Part shown: positions 24,541 through 31,837 of the stretch, piece after piece
Layout: the number at the start of each line of letters is the position of its first letter
Position numbering within the stretch: position 1 is the stretch's first letter
Assembly (NCBI GenBank): GCA_964511055.1
Contig: CAZEDQ010000006.1
Coordinates: forward strand, 1-34,557
Reading direction: 5' to 3'
From: an uncultured Gammaproteobacteria bacterium
GTDB taxonomy: Bacteria > Patescibacteriota > Microgenomatia > Curtissbacterales > GWA2-41-24
Length of the DNA: 34,557 nt
Made by a program: the position numbers and the translations under genes
The notes under the pieces: model-generated
Databases searched by the model: none
The model's input: the letters and a program-made list of their open reading frames with translations, nothing else
Told to the model about the DNA's origin: nothing

Positions 24541-24692
24541 AGGGTATTTCATACCCTCACTTTGTGTAGGGTACTTTGTACCCTTTCTACGAATAGGATA
24601 TTTTATACCCTCTCGATGAGCAGGCTAAATTGCAAGCAATTTATCCTCTCTCCGCGAAGGTATTAAATACCTTCGCTACGAGTAGGGTACCC
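24541..24692. repeat. tandem array of about 5.5 diverged ~27-31-nt units, each with an AGGGTA-N3-5-TACCCT-type palindrome
   Basis: Six palindromes: 24541-24557 agggtat-ttc-ataccct; 24568-24584 agggtac-ttt-gtaccct; 24595-24611 aggatat-ttt-ataccct; 24622-24647 aggctaaattgc-aa-gcaatttatcct; 24654-24676 gcgaaggta-ttaaa-taccttcgc; 24684-24692 agggtaccc. They are separated by related 10-11-nt spacers (ttctacgaat, tcgctacgagt, ctcgatgagc, ctctccgcga). Confidence 0.85.
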
Positions 24693-24707
24693 GATACGAC
24701 ACGATAT

Positions 24708-25757
24708 TTAATATGATAGTAAGTATTCTTTATAGTTTGCTTCGGTTATCGCGGCTTTGGAAACTTTTTCTTCAAGTTTCAGTTTGGCAACTTTCCTGCA
24801 AATGGCCTTAATTGTCCTGTCCAGTGTCCTCATGCCTGCATCAAACCCCAACGGTCTTACAATGTGGCTCCAAACTTTGTCTTCTATTACAACATCACCT
24901 GCTGCCAACCCGGATGCTGAAAGCGCTCTGGGAAGTAAATAGTCCTTGGCTATTATTATTTTCTGCTGATCCGTGTAGCTGGGCATTTCTATAACTTCAA
25001 GCCTGTCCAAAACTGCTGTCGCGATTCCTCCCGTATTGTTGGCAGTTGTTATAAAAAGTACTTCCGATAGGTCAAAGGGGTAATCTATGTAATGGTCAAT
25101 ATAAGCGCTATTTTGTTCCGGGTCTAAAAGTTCTACTAAAACCCCCATAATATCTGCTTTTGCTTCTTCGGTAACCCGATCTATCTCGTCTAATAAAATA
25201 ACCGGATTTTTTGTTTGAACGCGTCTTAATACTTTGACAATTTGTCCTGGTTCGGCGTCCGGATGGGCCCTGGAACGGCCCCTTAATTGTGCAGCATCGC
25301 CCATGCCCCCCATTGGAATTCGGCCAAATTTCCGGCCGAGCGCCTGGGCAATTGAATAGGCCATTGTCGTTTTGCCGGTGCCGACGAGGCCTAAAAGTAA
25401 AATGGCCGGCGAGTTACTTTCCTGGCCGGCGGCACTCCTTAAGTTGGCAACCGAAACAAATTCCAAAATCCTTTCTTTGATGTTTTCCAAACCATAATGA
25501 TTGGAATCTAAAACTTTTTTGGCATTATCCAATGAGAGTACGTCTTTGCTCCTCACGCTCCATGGCAAGGAAACAACCCAGTCAAGATACCTGGAAACTG
25601 CATCGTATTCTTCCCCGTAACCTTTACTGGAAGCCAAACGAACTAAACGTTCAATATCCGCCTTGGCTTTCTCAAAAAGATCTTTAGGAAGGCTGCCGGA
25701 GTTTAATTTCGTTTCCAGAAAGTTAATATCTTCGAACTGGGCAGATGTGGCGCTCAC
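24708..25757 (-). CDS. Lon-like AAA+ ATPase lacking both the N-terminal LON domain and the S16 protease domain
   Basis: 349 aa with a GTG start (GTGA overlap with the upstream gene). It aligns by eye with the Lon middle region: YLDWVVSLPW, HYGLENIKERILEF, Walker A GLVGTGKT, RGRSRAHPDAEPGQIV, Walker B VILLDEIDR, TTANN, LDRLEVIEM and FDAGMRTLDR. The ORF ends where the Lon protease domain would begin. Confidence 0.85.
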   Translation of the reverse strand: MSATSAQFEDINFLETKLNSGSLPKDLFEKAKADIERLVRLASSKGYGEEYDAVSRYLDWVVSLPWSVRSKDVLSLDNAKKVLDSNHYGLENIKERILEFVSVANLRSAAGQESNSPAILLLGLVGTGKTTMAYSIAQALGRKFGRIPMGGMGDAAQLRGRSRAHPDAEPGQIVKVLRRVQTKNPVILLDEIDRVTEEAKADIMGVLVELLDPEQNSAYIDHYIDYPFDLSEVLFITTANNTGGIATAVLDRLEVIEMPSYTDQQKIIIAKDYLLPRALSASGLAAGDVVIEDKVWSHIVRPLGFDAGMRTLDRTIKAICRKVAKLKLEEKVSKAAITEANYKEYLLSY

Positions 25758-26767
25758 TTTAGATTAATTAAACCAGAAAACGCTTGCGCCTTCAAAGTAA
25801 ATGTTGCGTCTTGTATATTTTTCAAAGACCCAGCCAGTTTCGATTTCGGACGGCTTGTGCCCTGCCAGTTTTGAAGTAAAAATTCTGCTAACAATTCAGG
25901 CGCCGGATTGTCGTCAGTGTTTAAATATTCCATTACCATTGAGGCTTTAGGGGTATTTTGGGATTTGGGAAATTCAATGGAATCAGATTCTTTTTGAGAA
26001 CCAATGAATACTTTTGCCGCATCCGGGGAAGATGACATTACAAGATAGTCCCCAAGCGTAAAGAAAGTAAGAGTTTGGGGTGATTGGTTTTGCGGATCAA
26101 TACTTGGAATTTGTAAGAGGTGAAAGTTGGCATCACTGCCTGTTTCTTCTTTGTAAATTGGTTCGCCGGAAGAATTCTTGATGTTTTTTGGCTCTTCAAA
26201 GCTTATCTGGCTGTTTTTAAATATAAGAGAAAAGTCGGCATTTGAACCATACAGCACCAGATAGCTGCCTTGGGAACTATCTAGGTTGCGGTCGAACCAG
26301 CCGGAAATATTTTCCGGAACATTTAATCTGGCCTTTACAAACCTACCTAAATTCGGAGCAAAAATTGCAAGGTTTGTTGTTTTGGGAACTTTAATTTTTA
26401 CTATATCAAGTTGGTTTGAAATTGCCGGGATTGACGTTTCCCCGGAAAGACTAACTGTTTTATCCGTTAATTTTAAATTGGCCTTTATTGGGGTTATAAA
26501 TGCTAGCCTTGCCGAAGAGGTGCTATCCAACTGGAAGCGGACACCGTCCTGTACATCTTGAGGAATGTTGAGTTTTGCTAACAGAGTGTTAATAGTATCC
26601 CGGTCGTTTTCTTGAATAAAAAACTTTAGGTTGAAGCGGTTTTCTTCGGACGTTAACAGCAAATAACTGCTATCGTTTTTTGAAAAAAAATTTGTTGTAA
26701 ATAAAAAGGTGAGTAAAACTGCTGCCGAGGCTACTGCTCCCAAAATGATTCTGGGACTTGGCTTCAT
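25754..26767 (-). CDS. hypothetical N-terminally anchored or secreted protein (337 aa)
   Basis: ATG start 2 nt after the pnp stop. N-terminal hydrophobic helix ILGAVASAAVLLTFLF. The remainder is Ser/Asn/Leu-rich with no motif I recognise. Confidence 0.7.
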   Translation of the reverse strand: MKPSPRIILGAVASAAVLLTFLFTTNFFSKNDSSYLLLTSEENRFNLKFFIQENDRDTINTLLAKLNIPQDVQDGVRFQLDSTSSARLAFITPIKANLKLTDKTVSLSGETSIPAISNQLDIVKIKVPKTTNLAIFAPNLGRFVKARLNVPENISGWFDRNLDSSQGSYLVLYGSNADFSLIFKNSQISFEEPKNIKNSSGEPIYKEETGSDANFHLLQIPSIDPQNQSPQTLTFFTLGDYLVMSSSPDAAKVFIGSQKESDSIEFPKSQNTPKASMVMEYLNTDDNPAPELLAEFLLQNWQGTSRPKSKLAGSLKNIQDATFTLKAQAFSGLINLK

Positions 26768-26769
26768 CT

Positions 26770-28998
26770 TTAAAACCTTTTTGGCCCTCTTCTTGGTCCC
26801 CTATCCCTACTACCACGGTTGTTATCAAATCTACCCCTTGGAAAATCCCGTCTTGGCGGACGGTCTACTTTCTGTCTGGCGTCGTCCCCAAAAAGCATGG
26901 ACAGGTTTAGCCTACCCTGGTCATCAACTTCAACGACCCTTACTTTCACTTTTTGCCCTATTTTTACAACGTCCTCTACATTTTCAACCCGTTCGGGAGC
27001 AAGTTGCGAAATGTGAACTAATCCCTCTTTACCTGGAAGGATTTCTACAAATGCACCGAAATTCATAATTCTTTTTACGGTACCTTCGTACTCTTCATTT
27101 GGTTGCGGCTCTTTGACAATTCCCTCAACCCAGTCTGCCGCCTTTTGGCAAGCTTGCGCATCTTTGCTGCTGATAGTAACATTTCCGTCGTCCGTTATGT
27201 CTATAGCGGCACCGGTTTCGGCAATAATTTTATTAATTACCCTGCCACCGGAGCCAACAACCTCACCGATTTTGGATGGGTCAATTTTAACCACAATAAC
27301 CCGCGGGGCATGCTTTGAAAGTTGTTTCCTGGTTTCCGGAATCACCTTTAGCATTTCGCCAAGCAAATGTAGCCTTGCAGTTCGTGCTTTTTCCAAAGAC
27401 TCTTCAAGGATTTTCATCGTCAACCCATTTAGTTTTATGTCCATTTGGATTGCCGTAATACCGTTTTTTGTACCAGCAACTTTAAAATCCATATCGCCCT
27501 GGGCATCTTCCTGGTAAGCAATATCGGTGATCGTTACATACTTTGACCTGTCTTTTTTGTCGGTGATGAGACCGATGGAGATTCCTGCTACAGGCTCTTT
27601 TATGGGAACACCCGCGTCCATTAAAGCTATGGTTGAGGCACAAACAGATGCCTGGGAAGTTGAGCCTGCCGAGGATAAAACTTCGGAAACGACTCTTATT
27701 GTGTAAGGGAACTGGTCGGTTGTCGGAATAACTGGAGCAAGCGCTTTTTCTGCCAATGCGCCGTGGCCAATTTCTCTTCTTCCGGGCGCACCTCTTCTTT
27801 TAACTTCACCGGATGAAAACGGCGGAAAATTGTAATGGTGCATGTACCTTTTGGTCTCTTCCCCATACATACCTTCTATGAGCTGCTCCAAAGCAGGTGA
27901 CCCTAAAGTGACAATGGAAAGCACCTGCGTTTCGCCCCTTTGGAAAACCGCTGAACCGTGTGTCCGCGGGAGTAAACCAGCTTTTATAGTAAGTTCCCTA
28001 ATTTCGTCAGTTTTTCTTCCGTCCGGCCTCTTGTTGTGAATTAGAATATCATCCCTGAGCTTATCGGTAACAACGTCCTCTAAAATATTGGCCAGGATTT
28101 TTGAACTTAGATCTTCTTTTTTTGCTTCTTTTAGTTCTTTATTTTCTTCCTTATTAATAAATTCTTCTTCTAAAATTTTCAGAGAGTCGCCAAACCAGCC
28201 TTCGTCCTGGCTTTTAATGTCAAAATCCGCCATTATATTTTTTTCTATGAACTGACGGACTTTACTTTCCGTTTGGGGTTGGAGTTTTTCGACTTTATAT
28301 TCCTGCTTCGTTTGACCAGCTTCTTTTACAAAATCGTCAATTAGCTTAAGGATGGATTTGCCTGCTTCCATTGCGAATTTAAAGGCACCAGAGACAGTTT
28401 TTTCATCGACTTCCCTTGCTTGAGTTTCTATCATTACAGCTTCATCTTGTGTTGAAGCAAAAATTACATCCAAAGGTGAAACTGCCCTCTCTTCTTCCGT
28501 CGGGTTGATGATGTAACCACCATCTTTTAAACCAACTCTCAAACCGGAAATGGGGCCACCCCATGGAATGTTTGATATTGCTAAAGCTGCCGATGTTGCA
28601 ATAAGTGAAGGAATATCCGGGTCATTTGAATTGTCGATTGAAAGAACTGTGATTATTATCTGGACTTCGGCCTGGTAATCTTTTGGGAATAGTGGTCTGA
28701 TGCTTCTGTCTATCAGTCTTGAGGTTAAAATTGCTTTTTCGCTTGGCCGGTTCTCGCGTTTTATAAACCTGGAAGTTGAGATGCGTCCTCCGGCATACAA
28801 TTTTTCATCCAGATCAACTGACAGGGGAAAATAACCTAAATCCTGACTTGGATTTTGGGAAACTGCTGTTGCCAAGACAACCGTTTCACCATATGTTGCT
28901 AAAACAGCCGCATTAGCGTGGCCTGCCAAATCCCCAGTTTCAAGGATAAGCTTTTTGCCGCCAATTTCAAGTTCTTTTTTAACAACTTTCTTTTGCAT
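26770..28998 (-). CDS. pnp: polyribonucleotide nucleotidyltransferase (PNPase) with Arg-rich C-terminal tail
   Basis: Two RNase PH-like halves (RPDGRKTDEIR, FPPFSSGE), then a KH domain (IGEVVGSGGRVINKI), an S1 domain (GTVKRIMNFGAFVE) and the tail RPPRRDFPRGRFDNNRGSRDRGPRRGPKRF. The ATG at 28998 is preferred over the TTG at 29001. Confidence 0.97.
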   Translation of the reverse strand: MQKKVVKKELEIGGKKLILETGDLAGHANAAVLATYGETVVLATAVSQNPSQDLGYFPLSVDLDEKLYAGGRISTSRFIKRENRPSEKAILTSRLIDRSIRPLFPKDYQAEVQIIITVLSIDNSNDPDIPSLIATSAALAISNIPWGGPISGLRVGLKDGGYIINPTEEERAVSPLDVIFASTQDEAVMIETQAREVDEKTVSGAFKFAMEAGKSILKLIDDFVKEAGQTKQEYKVEKLQPQTESKVRQFIEKNIMADFDIKSQDEGWFGDSLKILEEEFINKEENKELKEAKKEDLSSKILANILEDVVTDKLRDDILIHNKRPDGRKTDEIRELTIKAGLLPRTHGSAVFQRGETQVLSIVTLGSPALEQLIEGMYGEETKRYMHHYNFPPFSSGEVKRRGAPGRREIGHGALAEKALAPVIPTTDQFPYTIRVVSEVLSSAGSTSQASVCASTIALMDAGVPIKEPVAGISIGLITDKKDRSKYVTITDIAYQEDAQGDMDFKVAGTKNGITAIQMDIKLNGLTMKILEESLEKARTARLHLLGEMLKVIPETRKQLSKHAPRVIVVKIDPSKIGEVVGSGGRVINKIIAETGAAIDITDDGNVTISSKDAQACQKAADWVEGIVKEPQPNEEYEGTVKRIMNFGAFVEILPGKEGLVHISQLAPERVENVEDVVKIGQKVKVRVVEVDDQGRLNLSMLFGDDARQKVDRPPRRDFPRGRFDNNRGSRDRGPRRGPKRF

Positions 28999-29010
28999 CA
29001 AATAAATTTA

Positions 29011-29104
29011 GTACCTGTGGGAAATAGAGGAGTTAGAAATCGGGTAATTCAAACCAAATACTGATTCATATTACACAACTTCCAACCATCTCTTTTCCCA
29101 GTAC
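29011..29104 (-). promoter_or_regulatory. candidate long imperfect stem-loop in the rpsO-pnp intergenic leader
   Basis: The arms gtacctgtgggaaatagagg (29011-29030) and ccatctcttttcccagtac (29086-29104) are largely complementary, with bulges. The structure sits between the rpsO stop and the pnp start. Confidence 0.35.
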
Positions 29105-29150
29105 GTTAAAGTTAATTATAACCTATAACTTTAGGAAAAGCAAGCGCTTT

Positions 29151-29414
29151 TTATTTGCTCATCCCAAGTTTGCCAATAATATCTTTATATCTGTCCGGTG
29201 CTTTTCTCATTAAGTAGTGGAGAAGCCTTCTTCTTTTGTTAATCATGGAAAGCAAGCCTCGTCTTGAATGGTTGTCATGAGCATGTGATTTTAAATGGTC
29301 GGCAACGTTTGTTATACGCTGGGAAATCAATGCCACCTGAACTTCAGGGGAACCCGTATCCCCTTCGTGGGTTTTAAATTTATCTATTACCTGTTTTTTC
29401 GATGTAGCACTCAT
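29151..29414 (-). CDS. rpsO: 30S ribosomal protein S15
   Basis: Contains DTGSPEVQVALISQRI and HDNHSRRGLLSMINKRRRLLHYL. The ATG at 29414 gives a typical 87-aa S15; the track's TTG at 29429 is less likely. Confidence 0.95.
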   Translation of the reverse strand: MSATSKKQVIDKFKTHEGDTGSPEVQVALISQRITNVADHLKSHAHDNHSRRGLLSMINKRRRLLHYLMRKAPDRYKDIIGKLGMSK

Positions 29415-29440
29415 ATTATAGAAAACCAAGTATATAGTAA

Positions 29441-30352
29441 TTATGAATCTGTGTCAAAAGCCTTCGACCCGTGATAGATTTTGGGTGGTTTTAACCAGTC
29501 TTCCTGGGATTTCTCAGCAATTGTTACTTCTTCCTGTATGGGACCCGTTTCTTTTATGAAATTTACCTTTTCATTTGTGGCCTGCTCCGGGCGCATGTTT
29601 TGAGAAGTTGTTGTGTTTGCAAAACTAGCTTTCCCCGCACCAAACTTAATTAACCATTGAGCTGCTTCAAAACTAACCGGCGTTGCGTAGGCCGGTGAGA
29701 AACTTTGGGTAGCATATGAAATGCCTGTGTAAAGATTGAACGCTACGTCTTCGTCTATTGGCAATGCCAACTCTTGCAACAGTTTAGTTGTGACCTCACT
29801 AATACTTGCCGCCCCATCTTCTAGAATGTTTATCTGAGCAAAATTTTGGTTCGTTTGGGTGTTATTTATGTTTATTATAAAAGTATCTGAGTTTATTGTT
29901 TGTTCATGAGTAATATCGTTTCTCATTTCTTCATTTGATTTGTAACCGATGGCAATTACTAAATCCGGATTTGATCCCTCTTTGGAGAATGAAACGTCGC
30001 TTTCGGAAATCCCAAATGAATTTGGTAAGCTATGAACAACAATTTTAAGACGGCTGTCTTGAAGTGAATATGTTACCTTGTCAACATTTGTAACCGCATT
30101 TTCTACGTTGATTACAAGGTTTTTTTTATCATCATTTTTTCCTATTTTATCTACTCCATACAGCTTATTTGCCTCTTCTACCGTAGGGCTTTTCGCAATT
30201 ATTGAAGATGGTTTGCCAAGTTTTGACAATGAAAGATAAAGCGCTAAACCAGAGGCTAAGCCGTCTAAGGCTGCTTGTCGGGAAACAACGATTATAATCT
30301 TGTTTGCTTTGGTTATTTTGTCCAGTGTTTGCTGTTTTAAATAGTCGTCCAT
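29441..30352 (-). CDS. DHH-family (NrnA-like) domain protein with degenerate catalytic motifs and no DHHA1 domain
   Basis: Collinear by eye with the NrnA N-terminal domain, but the motifs are altered. Motif I reads IIVVSRQAALDGLAS instead of HxxPDxDxxGS. Motif III reads IININNTQ instead of DHH. Motif IV reads GISYATQSF instead of GxxxDTGxF. No GGGH motif is present. Confidence 0.55.
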   Translation of the reverse strand: MDDYLKQQTLDKITKANKIIIVVSRQAALDGLASGLALYLSLSKLGKPSSIIAKSPTVEEANKLYGVDKIGKNDDKKNLVINVENAVTNVDKVTYSLQDSRLKIVVHSLPNSFGISESDVSFSKEGSNPDLVIAIGYKSNEEMRNDITHEQTINSDTFIININNTQTNQNFAQINILEDGAASISEVTTKLLQELALPIDEDVAFNLYTGISYATQSFSPAYATPVSFEAAQWLIKFGAGKASFANTTTSQNMRPEQATNEKVNFIKETGPIQEEVTIAEKSQEDWLKPPKIYHGSKAFDTDS

Positions 30353-30370
30353 TTTACAATGGGTATAAAT

Positions 30371-31804
30371 TTAGCCCAGAGATTCTATTATATCCCCTTC
30401 TTTAAAGTCAAGATCATTGGAAAAGCATATTCCGCAGTCCTGGCCTGCCACAACAGATTCTACATCTTTTTTATATTTTTTAATTGAGGATATTTTTGAT
30501 TCTTTTGGCTGTTCGCCAGGAGATCTGATGATTACGTCGTCATTTATTTTCAATTTGCCTTTAGTAACTTTGGACCCTGCGACTTTTTTGCCCTCGATAT
30601 TAAAGATTGCCACAATTTGGGCTTGACTTTTTACTTTTTTCTCCTGTTTTGCCGCTTCAAACCCTGTTGATACATCTTCAATGTCAGAAATAAGTTCATA
30701 TATGATTTGATATGGCCTGACCATTACCCCTTCTCTTTCTGCCTGCTGTTTCACGGAGGGGGAAGTTTTTACATTAAATGCCAGGATTGGAGCGTGCGCA
30801 AGTTTGGCAAAATTGATGTCGCTTGCCTGTACTTCACCGACCCCGGAGGATACAACTAAGACATTTTGCGGCAAGTTGGCAAGAATTGCCTCAAGGGACC
30901 CTAAAACGTCGGCTTTGACAATTATCTTGAATTTATCCTTTACTTCTTGGGACTTGGCAATAATTTCCGAAAGTGAGGCCGATTTCTGGCTATGGATTTC
31001 GCGGGTCACAGTTGTATCCCTTATTATGGTTCCGACATCTACTGCCTTCTTGAAACCGAGAATTTCGCACGGTTTACCCGGGGGTGCTTCTTTTATGTTT
31101 TCTCCCGTGTCACTAATAAGAGCCCTGATTGTTATGGGCTCCCCGTCTATTTGAATTTTGTTACCAATTTTCAAGGTACCTTTTTGGGGAATAACACTAA
31201 CTACAGCGCCACGATTCTTGTCCATGTATGATTCTACGACAACTGCTTCAATGGGATCATTTGGGAGATTTGGTTGAGGTGAAATTTGCCATAATAGTTC
31301 GATAACCTCCAGAAGATCGTTTATACCCTGCCCTTTGGTCGCGGCAACTTCTACAACAGGTACCTGTCCGCCATAACTTTCTATAACAACATCGTGGTCC
31401 TGCAAGCCTTTTTTAACTTTTTCAATATTAATATTGGGAAGGTCTGTCTTTGTGATTGCAACAATTATTGGTGTTTGGGCTTTTTTTATGTGTTTTATGG
31501 CTTCTGTAGTTTGCGGTTTTACCCCATCGTTTGCTGCAACAACCAAAATTACAATATCGGCCGCTTCTGCACCGCGCGAGCGCATTTTTTCAAAAGCCGC
31601 ATGGCCGGGTGTGTCAATAAAAGTAATAGGGTTCCCATTGAAGACTATCTGGTAAGCACCAATATGCTGGGTTATACCACCATGTTCTCCGGCAACTACA
31701 TTAGTCTTTCTGATCGCGTCAAGAAGGGTCGTTTTCCCGTGATCGACATGCCCCATAAGGGTCACTATTGGCGGACGGGAGTTTTCCAACTTTGTGTTTG
31801 TCAT
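30371..31804 (-). CDS. infB: translation initiation factor IF-2, short form
   Basis: 477 aa. The G domain begins at residue ~12 (PPIVTLMGHVDHGKTTLLD), followed by DTPGHAAF and TKTD. C-terminal beta-barrel domains are present, but there is no N-terminal extension. Confidence 0.95.
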   Translation of the reverse strand: MTNTKLENSRPPIVTLMGHVDHGKTTLLDAIRKTNVVAGEHGGITQHIGAYQIVFNGNPITFIDTPGHAAFEKMRSRGAEAADIVILVVAANDGVKPQTTEAIKHIKKAQTPIIVAITKTDLPNINIEKVKKGLQDHDVVIESYGGQVPVVEVAATKGQGINDLLEVIELLWQISPQPNLPNDPIEAVVVESYMDKNRGAVVSVIPQKGTLKIGNKIQIDGEPITIRALISDTGENIKEAPPGKPCEILGFKKAVDVGTIIRDTTVTREIHSQKSASLSEIIAKSQEVKDKFKIIVKADVLGSLEAILANLPQNVLVVSSGVGEVQASDINFAKLAHAPILAFNVKTSPSVKQQAEREGVMVRPYQIIYELISDIEDVSTGFEAAKQEKKVKSQAQIVAIFNIEGKKVAGSKVTKGKLKINDDVIIRSPGEQPKESKISSIKKYKKDVESVVAGQDCGICFSNDLDFKEGDIIESLG

Positions 31805-31837
31805 AGTTTATTGATTTTTTAGACAGCGAAAAGCTTT

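Noticed and set aside
24541-24692. Possible degenerate CRISPR array
   Set aside because: The palindromic cores are only ~17-26 nt and are separated by ~10-nt spacers that are related to one another. The period of ~27-31 nt is far below CRISPR repeat-plus-spacer lengths, and no cas genes are present.
24708-25757. Lon-like ORF as a simple pseudogene fragment
   Set aside because: This is not excluded. However, the ORF has an intact start coupled to the upstream gene, no internal stops, and all AAA+ catalytic motifs are preserved. I therefore report it as a probable functional truncated form rather than a pseudogene.
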